Positions 35,210-42,904 of a stretch of DNA of 64,000 bases are shown here, one piece after another. Within the stretch, counting starts at the first letter, position 1; the number at the start of each line of letters is the position of its first letter. The DNA comes from a virus. The position numbers were made by a program, and so were the translations under genes. The notes under the pieces are model-generated. The model was not told the DNA's origin and ran no database searches. It worked only from the letters and a program-made list of their open reading frames with translations. The stretch is taken from IMG/VR virus record IMGVR_UViG_3300045988_167063; one strand, given 5' to 3'.

Positions 35210-35551
35210 ATGAAATATATTTTTGACACGATTGCAACAACAAAAGAATACGACAAGGGAAAGTGGTGGATTGACCCTGACATTATTAGTAGTAAAACGA
35301 TTAAAGCAGATACAGTAATTGCTGCCCTTGAACGATTCCAAGCGTTAGTTGAAGAAGAACGCTATGTCTCTATTTCCAATAATGCCATAAAAAATAAAGA
35401 ACCTATGTATATTGAAACTGAAAACGGCGCAAAACAAACAGGTTTTGTTATTACGGGAAAAACCTGTTTTCAAACAGATTCTGGGCGTTGGGTATGTCAT
35501 TATATAGACTTATGGATAAATGTTTTAACTGTTGTTGATACGAAATTTTAA
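35210..35551 (+). CDS. hypothetical protein
   Basis: 113 aa counted from the ATG at 35210 (GGGAGG RBS). The track's 5' extension to 35063 runs through promoter-like DNA. Confidence 0.55.
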   Translation: MKYIFDTIATTKEYDKGKWWIDPDIISSKTIKADTVIAALERFQALVEEERYVSISNNAIKNKEPMYIETENGAKQTGFVITGKTCFQTDSGRWVCHYIDLWINVLTVVDTKF

Positions 35552-35616
35552 TTATAAACGGATTTACCTATTGACAATACAGCCCTAAAAGATTAGATTA
35601 AATAAATAATAATTAT

Positions 35617-35651
35617 AAAGTCGGTATATTTTATATCGACTTTATTTTTTT
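35617..35651 (+). terminator. rho-independent terminator
   Basis: AAAGTCGGTATA pairs with TATATCGACTTT (one G-U pair), followed by A and T7. Confidence 0.75.
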
Positions 35652-35827
35652 ATTCTTAATTTACATAATTACTATTATAATTATCATATAATAGCCTTGA
35701 GAGCCTCCAGAACGCTATATAAAGCGTTTTTATTATAAAGTAGTAAAAGTATATTACTTAAATCAAAAGTGTTAAAATAAGCGTTACAGAGCCTATTAAA
35801 AATTTTTAAAAAAGTTTGAAAAAATGC

Positions 35828-35856
35828 TTGACAATTCAGAAAACTTGTGCTATAAT
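35828..35856 (+). promoter_or_regulatory. sigma-A-type promoter driving a short ORF-less unit
   Basis: TTGACA, 17-nt spacer, TGcTATAAT. Confidence 0.6.
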
Positions 35857-35963
35857 TTAGATATGATAAAGATTTGGAGTGATTACGATGCAAAACAGTA
35901 AGCGAAATCACTCAAGGTGCAATTTTTTAAATATGAACAAATTGTAAACAATTAAAATAATGC

Positions 35964-35992
35964 TTGACTTTTGCGTTCATATTTGGTAGAAT
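35964..35992 (+). promoter_or_regulatory. sigma-A-type promoter driving a second short ORF-less unit
   Basis: TTGACT, 17-nt spacer, TGgTAGAAT. Confidence 0.5.
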
Positions 35993-36141
35993 AAAGACAA
36001 CAAATGAATATGATAAAATAGGCTGAAGTGAGAAGCGTGGCTGAAGAGTCAAAATGCTTTGCCTCGGTCAATCATCTAAGCAACAATTTTTTAAATATGA
36101 ATAAATTGTTAATAAATTGTAAATGCAAATAATATTCAATT

Positions 36142-36158
36142 TGTGACTTTTATTCACA
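36142..36158. promoter_or_regulatory. palindromic site TGTGA-N7-TCACA (copy 4 of 4)
   Basis: TGTGActtttatTCACA. Confidence 0.55.
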
Positions 36159-36168
36159 AAAACACACC

Positions 36169-36265
36169 AAACCTACCAACATTGTAGACTTTAGTGTGGT
36201 AAAGCATTAAAGTTCTTAAAACCTACCAAGTTAATATGTTTTTAAGAATGACTCAAGGTGGTAAA
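36169..36265. repeat. paired direct repeats AAACCTACCAA x2 and GTGGTAAA x2
   Basis: AAACCTACCAA at 36169-79 and 36219-29. GTGGTAAAG at 36196-204 and GTGGTAAA at 36258-65. GTGGTAAAG is the reverse complement of the core of the 18195-18225 repeat. Confidence 0.6.
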
Positions 36266-36422
36266 AGGGTAATCGGGCGAATAAAAATTCCCCCACGGAA
36301 AATTTGGTTCAAAGAAAATTATATCCAATTTTCTGCACACAGTTTTAAATATTTGTGTGCTAAAAGTTGGAATTAAAAGGAAATATTATATTTAAGTATA
36401 TATTATTAAAAGGAGATAAATT

Positions 36423-37022
36423 ATGTTTAGAATTAGAGTGAACAAAAATAAAATGCCTTATATTATTGAGGCTTTTTGCAAAAGAATTAAGAAAGAAAAG
36501 TTAAGAGATATTGAATATTGGCTTGATAACAATTTGGATATAGCTCAATATTTCTTAACTAACTATGTAAAATTGGCTAAATTAAAGCAATTATATGATG
36601 ATTTAACAGTTGACATTATGAGGTATTATCAAAGAAAAGACTTAACTGCAAACGAAATGAAAAATGAATTTAATCATATTATGTGGAAAACTCAATTTAA
36701 TCATTCGTTTGATACTATGGCAAATAAAAATCCTATCAATATAAATGATTTTAATAGCCGAATTGATTATTATTTAGAAGAGATAAATTATATAAATAAT
36801 AATAAATTCCATTATAAACACTTATCTTTTACCACAATTATGGCAGATTGGGCAGTTTTGGGAAGTTATCTAACTGTATTATCATCAAGATATGGCAGGA
36901 ATTTGACTAAATCTGAATATGAACTTGCTGATAGAATGATAAAAGAGAATAAAAAGTTAAATTATAGGCAATTTAAAAATTCAATTTCAAAATCAAAAAT
37001 GAAAATCGAAAATAAGAATTGA
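36423..37022 (+). CDS. hypothetical protein
   Basis: 199 aa with an AAAGGAG RBS. Confidence 0.6.
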   Translation: MFRIRVNKNKMPYIIEAFCKRIKKEKLRDIEYWLDNNLDIAQYFLTNYVKLAKLKQLYDDLTVDIMRYYQRKDLTANEMKNEFNHIMWKTQFNHSFDTMANKNPININDFNSRIDYYLEEINYINNNKFHYKHLSFTTIMADWAVLGSYLTVLSSRYGRNLTKSEYELADRMIKENKKLNYRQFKNSISKSKMKIENKN

Positions 37023-37051
37023 AATTTAAAAATGAAAATTAAAATTTGATA

Positions 37052-37080
37052 TTGACTTTTGGATTTTGTTGTGATATAAT
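37052..37080 (+). promoter_or_regulatory. sigma-A-type promoter
   Basis: TTGACT, 17-nt spacer, TGaTATAAT. Confidence 0.6.
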
Positions 37081-37258
37081 GTAGACATCAAAGGAAATAA
37101 AACATTGAGGTGACTTTTATGATAAGAAATAATTTACGACCAAAAGCAAATTTAGATTTAATGGAACTAAAAAGAATAGCGGTTTGCTCTCTCGAATGAA
37201 AGAAAGAGATGGAAATGAAAAATTAAATAAAATTTGTTTAGAAAATTATAAAAAAGAC

Positions 37259-37287
37259 TTGACAAAATAAAAAGGTTATGGTAAAAT
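37259..37287 (+). promoter_or_regulatory. sigma-A-type promoter
   Basis: TTGACA, 17-nt spacer, TGgTAAAAT. The -10 overlaps the first ATG of the next ORF. Confidence 0.5.
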
Positions 37288-37546
37288 GATTATGACAGAG
37301 AAAGAAAGAAAAGTAAAAGACAGCAAAACAACAGTAAAGGTTCGTGCTTCTATTGAAATGAATATAGAAGTACCCGAAAATGTTAAAAACCCTACTAAAT
37401 TTGCTATAAGTACTATGGAAAATGAAATTGAAAGTAACATTGTAAGACAATCATTTGACTACAATGATTTTAATTATGAAGTTTTAGAAATAAAGAATAA
37501 AAGTTTGATTGAAGAAAAAGTTAATTATACAGATAAGGAGATTTAA
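37286..37546 (+). CDS. hypothetical protein
   Basis: 86 aa. If it is transcribed from the 37259 promoter, the real start would be the ATG at 37292 (near-leaderless). Confidence 0.5.
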   Translation: MIMTEKERKVKDSKTTVKVRASIEMNIEVPENVKNPTKFAISTMENEIESNIVRQSFDYNDFNYEVLEIKNKSLIEEKVNYTDKEI

Positions 37547-37597
37547 TTATGAGAACAACAGGTGAGATTAGAAGAATGGATGAAGAGGTTGATAAAA

Positions 37598-37876
37598 ATG
37601 AATAAATACTTAATAATGAGTAGTAGTGACATAAATGAAGATGAAAATATCATAGAAGCAAATACACTAACTGAGGCTTTAATTGATTATATTGAAAATT
37701 CTACGTATGGTGTAAGTATTGATATTAATATCTTAAAGAAAACGATTGTGCCTTTAAACGAAACAAAAGAACTAATAGAATATATTAATGCTTTGTTTCT
37801 TAATTGGGAAGATATGATTATAGATATTTATTTATTGGGTGAACATATTTATAATTCTAAAGACTTAAAAAGATAA
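37598..37876 (+). CDS. hypothetical acidic protein
   Basis: 92 aa counted from the ATG at 37598 (GAGG 9 nt upstream). The track start is a GTG at 37562. Confidence 0.5.
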   Translation: MNKYLIMSSSDINEDENIIEANTLTEALIDYIENSTYGVSIDINILKKTIVPLNETKELIEYINALFLNWEDMIIDIYLLGEHIYNSKDLKR

Positions 37877-37999
37877 AGAGAAATTTATAAAAAATGAAAC
37901 AAATAATTATTAAAGATAAAAAAGTTAAATGTGTAACAGAAATTCCATATTCACAAGAAATTATTAAAGAAATGAAAAAGGCAGGATATAAGGTCAAAA

Positions 38000-38188
38000 A
38001 TGAAGAATAAAATTATTATTTGTATTTTAACCATTTTAATTTTTGGTGTTTTATCTTTTTGTGCAGGAAGTAGATATACTATAACACACCAAAAAATTCA
38101 AGGAGATGTGTTTAAATATGTTGTTGTTTTCAATGGTTCAAGATATGGTTACTCGGTAGAAAATGGAAAATTCACAGGTTTGGCATAA
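38000..38188 (+). CDS. hypothetical small membrane protein
   Basis: 62 aa with an N-terminal hydrophobic helix. Confidence 0.5.
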   Translation: MKNKIIICILTILIFGVLSFCAGSRYTITHQKIQGDVFKYVVVFNGSRYGYSVENGKFTGLA

Positions 38189-38206
38189 TTTTTTTTAAAA
38201 AAACAC

Positions 38207-38235
38207 TTGACATTCTTTATTTTATGTGTTATAAT
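38207..38235 (+). promoter_or_regulatory. sigma-A-type promoter of the recombinase gene
   Basis: AAAAAAACAC-TTGACA, 17-nt spacer, TGtTATAAT. Confidence 0.65.
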
Positions 38236-38267
38236 AAGGTCAACAAATAAAGAAAGAGGTCGTTATT

Positions 38268-39152
38268 ATGACAAACACAGAGTTAATAAAGATATTTGAA
38301 CAGACAATAAGGCAAAAACCATTCTCTTTAAGTGAGAATACAATTAAGACTTATTTATATCATATTGATAGTCTTTTAAAATTCCTCGACAATAAAAACA
38401 TTGCCGAGATTATAACAAAAGACATTAAAAAATATTTGTTTAATATCAGTTCTGTGGGTGTTTCAGATACAACCTATAATATTTCATTGGCAGGGTTTAA
38501 ATGCTTGTATAAAGCTTTGAGATACAATCCTATGACAGAAGATATTATTCAAAATAATCCAGCTATTGATATTCCAAGTATCAAAAACGCAAAACAAAAG
38601 AAAAAGACACCTTTAAATGAAATTGAAAAACAGGCATTATTGCATAGTTGTAAAAATGTAAGAGATTATGCTATTCTTGTAACTTATTTGAATGTTGGCT
38701 TGCGTGTTCACGAACTTGTTAATTTAACACTTGAACAATATCTTAATCGTGGCGAAAATGGCGAAATTAAACTTGTTGTTAATAAAGGCTCTTATGATGA
38801 TGAATATATTTTTATCAACGAACAGACCGAAAAGGCAATAGATAATTATATTAAGAATTTAAGAAAAGATTGTGGCTGTAAATATCTTTTTGTATCAAAT
38901 CAAGGCAACCAAATGACACCAAGTTGTATTTCTAAAACTATTAAGACTTTGGCAAGAAGAAGTGGTAAGTTTTCAGAAGATAGAATTTCACAATTATCAA
39001 ATCATATTATGCGACACACTATGGCAACTGATTTAGTTAATGAAAATGTGCCGATTGATGTTGTTGCAATGGTATTAAGACATCATAGTCTTGCAACAGT
39101 TATGACTTATGCAAAGACGGATAAAGAAAGAGTTATGGAGGCAGTAAGATGA
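38268..39152 (+). CDS. int: tyrosine site-specific recombinase (XerC/D-like or phage integrase family)
   Basis: 294 aa. It has an N-terminal SAM-like core-binding region. The catalytic signature is GLRVHEL (Arg), HIMRHTMAT (H-x-x-R), LRHHS and TYAKT (Tyr). Confidence 0.8.
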   Translation: MTNTELIKIFEQTIRQKPFSLSENTIKTYLYHIDSLLKFLDNKNIAEIITKDIKKYLFNISSVGVSDTTYNISLAGFKCLYKALRYNPMTEDIIQNNPAIDIPSIKNAKQKKKTPLNEIEKQALLHSCKNVRDYAILVTYLNVGLRVHELVNLTLEQYLNRGENGEIKLVVNKGSYDDEYIFINEQTEKAIDNYIKNLRKDCGCKYLFVSNQGNQMTPSCISKTIKTLARRSGKFSEDRISQLSNHIMRHTMATDLVNENVPIDVVAMVLRHHSLATVMTYAKTDKERVMEAVR

Positions 39153-39310
39153 CAGATATTCAAGAGGAAAAAGTTGACGAAATTAAAAGAAGTCTTGATA
39201 GGGTTTATTTTTACACAGACGCTGGGGATTGTGTAGTAATTACGGGCAGTAAAAATGGTGATTTAGTCACTTATGATATATATAGTAACGGTTGGGCTAC
39301 GAAAATATGA
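39149..39310 (+). CDS. hypothetical small protein (53 aa)
   Basis: Hand-found ORF with ATGA overlap with the recombinase stop. Confidence 0.4.
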   Translation: MTDIQEEKVDEIKRSLDRVYFYTDAGDCVVITGSKNGDLVTYDIYSNGWATKI

Positions 39311-39321
39311 GGAGATAAAAT

Positions 39322-39585
39322 ATGAATATAAATATAATAAGACCTTCAGTTGAAATAAAATCTATTAAACTTAAAGATGTTAAAGCAGGAGATGTGTTTT
39401 ATATCCAAGGGGCAGATGATGTTCCTTTTTTAAAAACAAAACTTCGTATTCCTGATTTTACTAATAGATATTCTGATGAATATTTGATTGGTGCAATGAA
39501 TTTGACAAACGGTAATATAATTGATTTTACTCAAGATACATATGTAAGACTTTATAAAAAAACTAAATTAACAATAGAGGTTTGA
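39322..39585 (+). CDS. hypothetical protein
   Basis: 87 aa with a GAGGAG RBS. Confidence 0.55.
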   Translation: MNINIIRPSVEIKSIKLKDVKAGDVFYIQGADDVPFLKTKLRIPDFTNRYSDEYLIGAMNLTNGNIIDFTQDTYVRLYKKTKLTIEV

Positions 39586-39586
39586 T

Positions 39587-39853
39587 ATGGAACAATATTA
39601 TATGACAGAAACAAAAATGGGCGATTTTAGTCTACACAAAATTAAGCGTTTATATGGCATTTTAAAGGCTTTTAAAATCTATGATACTTATTTCCGTATT
39701 GAAAGTAAAAATGGAAAATTCACGCTCTCAACCTGCTCATTTCTTATTTTAACAAGTTTGTGTGGACTTAATGAAGTAGTAACAATTAAATTGTATGGAA
39801 ATGATAAAGAATTATTGGAAAATACAAAAAGACAACTCGAAAGGATAGCATAA
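39587..39853 (+). CDS. hypothetical protein
   Basis: 88 aa with a GAGG RBS. Confidence 0.55.
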   Translation: MEQYYMTETKMGDFSLHKIKRLYGILKAFKIYDTYFRIESKNGKFTLSTCSFLILTSLCGLNEVVTIKLYGNDKELLENTKRQLERIA

Positions 39854-40029
39854 TGACAGTTGAAGAATTAGTTTATAAAAAAGACCTATATAATAGTGTT
39901 GTATTTATATATGATAACCATAAGGGTTATTATATCTATATAGGTAAAGCTAAAGATATTCCACAATGTATTTTAGAACGCATTGCAGATGAAAATTCTT
40001 ATAAGTCAAGACATTTTAATATTTTGTAA
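39853..40029 (+). CDS. hypothetical small protein (58 aa)
   Basis: Hand-found ORF MTVEELVYKKDLYNSVVFIYDNHKGYYIYIGKAKDIPQCILERIADENSYKSRHFNIL, with TAATG coupling. Confidence 0.4.
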   Translation: MTVEELVYKKDLYNSVVFIYDNHKGYYIYIGKAKDIPQCILERIADENSYKSRHFNIL

Positions 40030-40038
40030 AAAAAGTTC

Positions 40039-40067
40039 TTGACTTTTGCTTTATTTTGTGGTATAAT
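40039..40067 (+). promoter_or_regulatory. sigma-A-type promoter of the non-coding RNA locus
   Basis: AAAAAAGTTC-TTGACT (40039-44), 17-nt spacer, TGgTATAAT (-10 at 40062-67). Confidence 0.65.
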
Positions 40068-40073
40068 ACAGAA

Positions 40074-41051
40074 GAAGTTAAGAGTTGAGCAATTAGAGAT
40101 TATACTTACTTGTTTGTTTTCATAATGTATACCTCTTTCAATTAAAATAATTTACCTCCAAAAAAAATATATAAAACAGGTAGGTGTAATCTTTAATTGC
40201 TCAACCAAATATAGAGAGTTAGTATAATAGTAGTACAACAGACTTTGAATCTGTCGGAAAAGGGGCAGAACCTTTACTCTCTGCCAATCCCTAACGGCGA
40301 GGGTTATAATGTGTCCGTACATAAGATGAAATCAAATTCCCTAAATGGAGAGTAATCGTGTGTCGTTTTAGGTTTTGCGACTATAAATAATAATTACTTT
40401 GTATAGTCTTTTAGGGTGACTCCAAAGAGTGAGATAATATCAAGAGTGGGTGTGTAAGTTTTGGTAGTTCTTATAGTCAAAATACTACTAAGCACAATAT
40501 GATAATAGTGAGGTTCTAATTAAATATTATTATTTAATATTCCGACTATTTGATAGTGCTTTTATGTGGCAAAAGATATTAAGGAATTTAGCCACGGATT
40601 TTTAATTCAAAATCTAAAATTCCATTAGACAGTTAGCCATTTAAGTGGCAGTGTGTTAAGCACAGAAGATTTTAGGCAAGTTAGTCAAGCCTTCGGTTAA
40701 GAAAGACTTAATTGAAAACGGACTACACGCAGTCTGAGCGTGACAAAATCAAGTGTGGTGACTTGAAAAGAAAGATAAGAAAAGCCAAATACTAATTATT
40801 ACCAAAATAAGTTAGGACTTTTTGTATTGAGTGGGTTATTGACCTATCCATAGTTTTTCTAATGTTGTAATTTTACGATAAAAGAGTGTGCATTATTTTA
40901 TACGAATTTTACAACACCGACTTTGCATTGTTTTTTTCTTTGCTCTGACATACGGCAAATTAAATATAGTATGTTATTTATGGCAGATATAGTCCAAGTA
41001 AGGCATCTATTAACTAAATAGAAAATAAGAGTTCAATTCTCTTTATCTGCC
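40074..41051 (+). ncRNA. candidate large structured non-coding RNA / tRNA-like precursor (class unknown)
   Basis: About 1 kb with no ORF of 60 aa or more on either strand and no RBS-preceded small ORF, transcribed from a consensus promoter. It has a 32-bp uninterrupted helix (40084-40115 with 40174-40205) containing 4 G-U pairs that would be C-A mismatches on the opposite strand. It also has cloverleaf-like modules at 40213-40286 and 40982-41051 and several further local helices. Confidence 0.5.
40213..40286 (+). tRNA. tRNA-like gene, anticodon UUG (Gln), non-canonical D/T loops, encoded CCA
   Basis: Hand fold. Acceptor AGAGAGT/ACTCTCT (7 bp). D stem GTAT/GTAC. Anticodon stem ACAGA/TCTGT with loop CTTTGAA. 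T stem AAAGG/CCTTT with loop GGCAGAA. Then GCCA at the 3' end. It lacks the usual D-loop GG and T-loop TTC. Confidence 0.4.
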
Positions 41052-41079
41052 TCTATTGAATAATAATAGGAGATGAATT

Positions 41080-41256
41080 ATGCGAAAGTATAAAAGAAAA
41101 ATTGCTCACTATAAAATGGAGCGAGAAGGTATTAAACACATCAATAAAACAGTAAGAAAGCGAAATGGTGAGGTTATTCCGAGTTTTTTCTCTCAATTTT
41201 GGAAAACTTATGTGACTAAACCATTAGCACCAAAAGTATCATTAAGGAAAGGTTGA
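41080..41256 (+). CDS. hypothetical small basic protein (58 aa)
   Basis: Hand-found ORF MRKYKRKIAHYKMEREGIKHINKTVRKRNGEVIPSFFSQFWKTYVTKPLAPKVSLRKG. TAGGAGA RBS. Confidence 0.45.
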   Translation: MRKYKRKIAHYKMEREGIKHINKTVRKRNGEVIPSFFSQFWKTYVTKPLAPKVSLRKG

Positions 41257-41263
41257 TAAAAGT

Positions 41264-41608
41264 ATGAAGAAATATGTAACATACACATCTGATGATGGTA
41301 AGTTTAGTCATTCAGATGTCAAGAAAGTAGAACAGTATGAGGCAAAGGTAAAGGCTGAAAAGGAAAGAAAAGCCGAACTTAAAGCAACAAAAGAAGCAAG
41401 AAAAGCAGAAGTTGATGAGGCTATAAATAAGGCTTATGAACTTTTTAAGCAGTTTATGAAAGATTATGGCACTTATGAAACCAAATACACCACAGTAAGC
41501 AATTATAAAGGTGAAAAATTTGATGATTTTTTTAAATTTTATAAAATGTTAAATCCGTCATTTTCCGATGCTTTGTCATTTCTTGACGGTTCGTTTTACA
41601 AGGATTAA
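41264..41608 (+). CDS. hypothetical protein
   Basis: 114 aa with a central Lys/Glu-rich helix. Confidence 0.55.
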   Translation: MKKYVTYTSDDGKFSHSDVKKVEQYEAKVKAEKERKAELKATKEARKAEVDEAINKAYELFKQFMKDYGTYETKYTTVSNYKGEKFDDFFKFYKMLNPSFSDALSFLDGSFYKD

Positions 41609-41611
41609 AAT

Positions 41612-41845
41612 ATGGAATTAGAATTAAAAGAAAAAATTGTTGATACTTTTAACAAAGAGTTAAAAGGAAATTATATTAAAAATCTTATAGAAGGCTCTGA
41701 AATCGCTTATACGCTTATTTTAGATAATATCAACAAAGGATATAGCCTTGAGCAAGTAAAGGCTTTTTGTGAATTACAGTTAAGTCCTAAAGGCAAAGAA
41801 ACAATGAGAAAAGTAGCAGGAGCAAAGATAACAAATAATAATTAA
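41612..41845 (+). CDS. hypothetical protein
   Basis: 77 aa, tightly coupled to its neighbours. Confidence 0.55.
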   Translation: MELELKEKIVDTFNKELKGNYIKNLIEGSEIAYTLILDNINKGYSLEQVKAFCELQLSPKGKETMRKVAGAKITNNN

Positions 41846-41862
41846 ATATATAAGGAGAATTT

Positions 41863-42885
41863 ATGGCAAGAGAAATTAGAAGAACAGACTCACAAGGCTT
41901 GATTGTAGGTGTGCTTTCTGAATTAGCACTTGAAATTATTGACGATGAAATTAAGCTTTCAAATGGTAAAACAAAAAAGTGTAAGAGAATTGTAGCAAAA
42001 GACAAGAAGTTTAATAGTGCAATTAGTATTGAAACAGCAAATGGCACTTTTGAATTTCCTGCACCGAGTTTTTGTTCAAGCATCACACGAGAGGGTGAAG
42101 AAAGTAAGTCTTTTAAGTCTTGGGAAACAGTGGTCAATGAGTATAAGGATAAATTGCATTATGGCGAAAATGCCGACAGAGTTGCATTGACAGTTAGTTA
42201 TGCCCCTCAAGTTAGTTATAATAGACAAAAAGATGATGTGTTAGTCTATGCAAATTCCTTTAATACAAGATATATTACAAGAGTTAGTGAAGAAACTGAA
42301 AGTTCAACAGATATGTCAACAGAATGTATTATCAAGGCAATTAGACCTGAAATGAGAAATGAAGAAGAAACAGGTCGAAAGATTGTCGATATTATGACAG
42401 TTGGTTATGGTGATGCTAATACTCCTTTGATTGGTATTATTTCATCACTTATTATTCCTGAAAATCTTGTTGATGATTTTGAAAATACTTTTGAAATCGG
42501 TCAAACTTGTAAGCTTGACTTTGAACTGAAAAAGGTAAGGGTTGGTGGCAGTCAAACACAGCAGTCACACGGCTTTGGTAGAAAAGCAAAGGTTAATGAA
42601 GGCTTTTCTGTAACAGAAAGAGTAGTTATTGGTGGTGACGAACCTTATAATGATAGTGATATGGAAACCACACAAGAACTTGCTTATACAAAGACTGAAA
42701 TTAAGTCGCTCCTCAAGGATTTTGAAATTGTTAAAAAGGCAAAGCTTGAAAAGGGGAAAGAAAATGCCTCAAATTCAAATAGTAAGCCGAGAGGTTTAGG
42801 TCATAGAGCAACAGTTGAAACACCGACTGCAAGTGACAGTCCTTTTGATATTGATGACGAAGATGACGAAAATCCATTTATGTAA
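41863..42885 (+). CDS. single-stranded-DNA-binding-like protein (putative)
   Basis: 340 aa. The acidic C-terminal tip DSPFDIDDEDDENPFM resembles the SSB protein-interaction tail (DDDIPF type). It sits next to a recombination ATPase. AAGGAGA RBS. Confidence 0.45.
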   Translation: MAREIRRTDSQGLIVGVLSELALEIIDDEIKLSNGKTKKCKRIVAKDKKFNSAISIETANGTFEFPAPSFCSSITREGEESKSFKSWETVVNEYKDKLHYGENADRVALTVSYAPQVSYNRQKDDVLVYANSFNTRYITRVSEETESSTDMSTECIIKAIRPEMRNEEETGRKIVDIMTVGYGDANTPLIGIISSLIIPENLVDDFENTFEIGQTCKLDFELKKVRVGGSQTQQSHGFGRKAKVNEGFSVTERVVIGGDEPYNDSDMETTQELAYTKTEIKSLLKDFEIVKKAKLEKGKENASNSNSKPRGLGHRATVETPTASDSPFDIDDEDDENPFM

Positions 42886-42904
42886 TCAGGGGAGGGGATA
42901 ATAT

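Noticed and set aside
40982-41051. Second tRNA-like element as an amber-suppressor tRNA (CTA) and stop-codon reassignment in this phage
   Set aside because: CUA can be placed at positions 34-36 only by using a non-standard loop with A instead of U33. The D stem has just 2 bp. All long genes in the window are intact under the standard code, with no in-frame TAG clusters.
41787-42137. Minus-strand ORFs lying antisense inside plus-strand genes (e.g. 19206-19487, 23310-23624, 25692-25895, 41787-42137, 45701-45997, 47028-47366, 50416-51145, 52067-52387, 57864-58184, 59153-59578)
   Set aside because: Same reasoning. They overlap well-supported co-directional gene arrays and have no translation signals.
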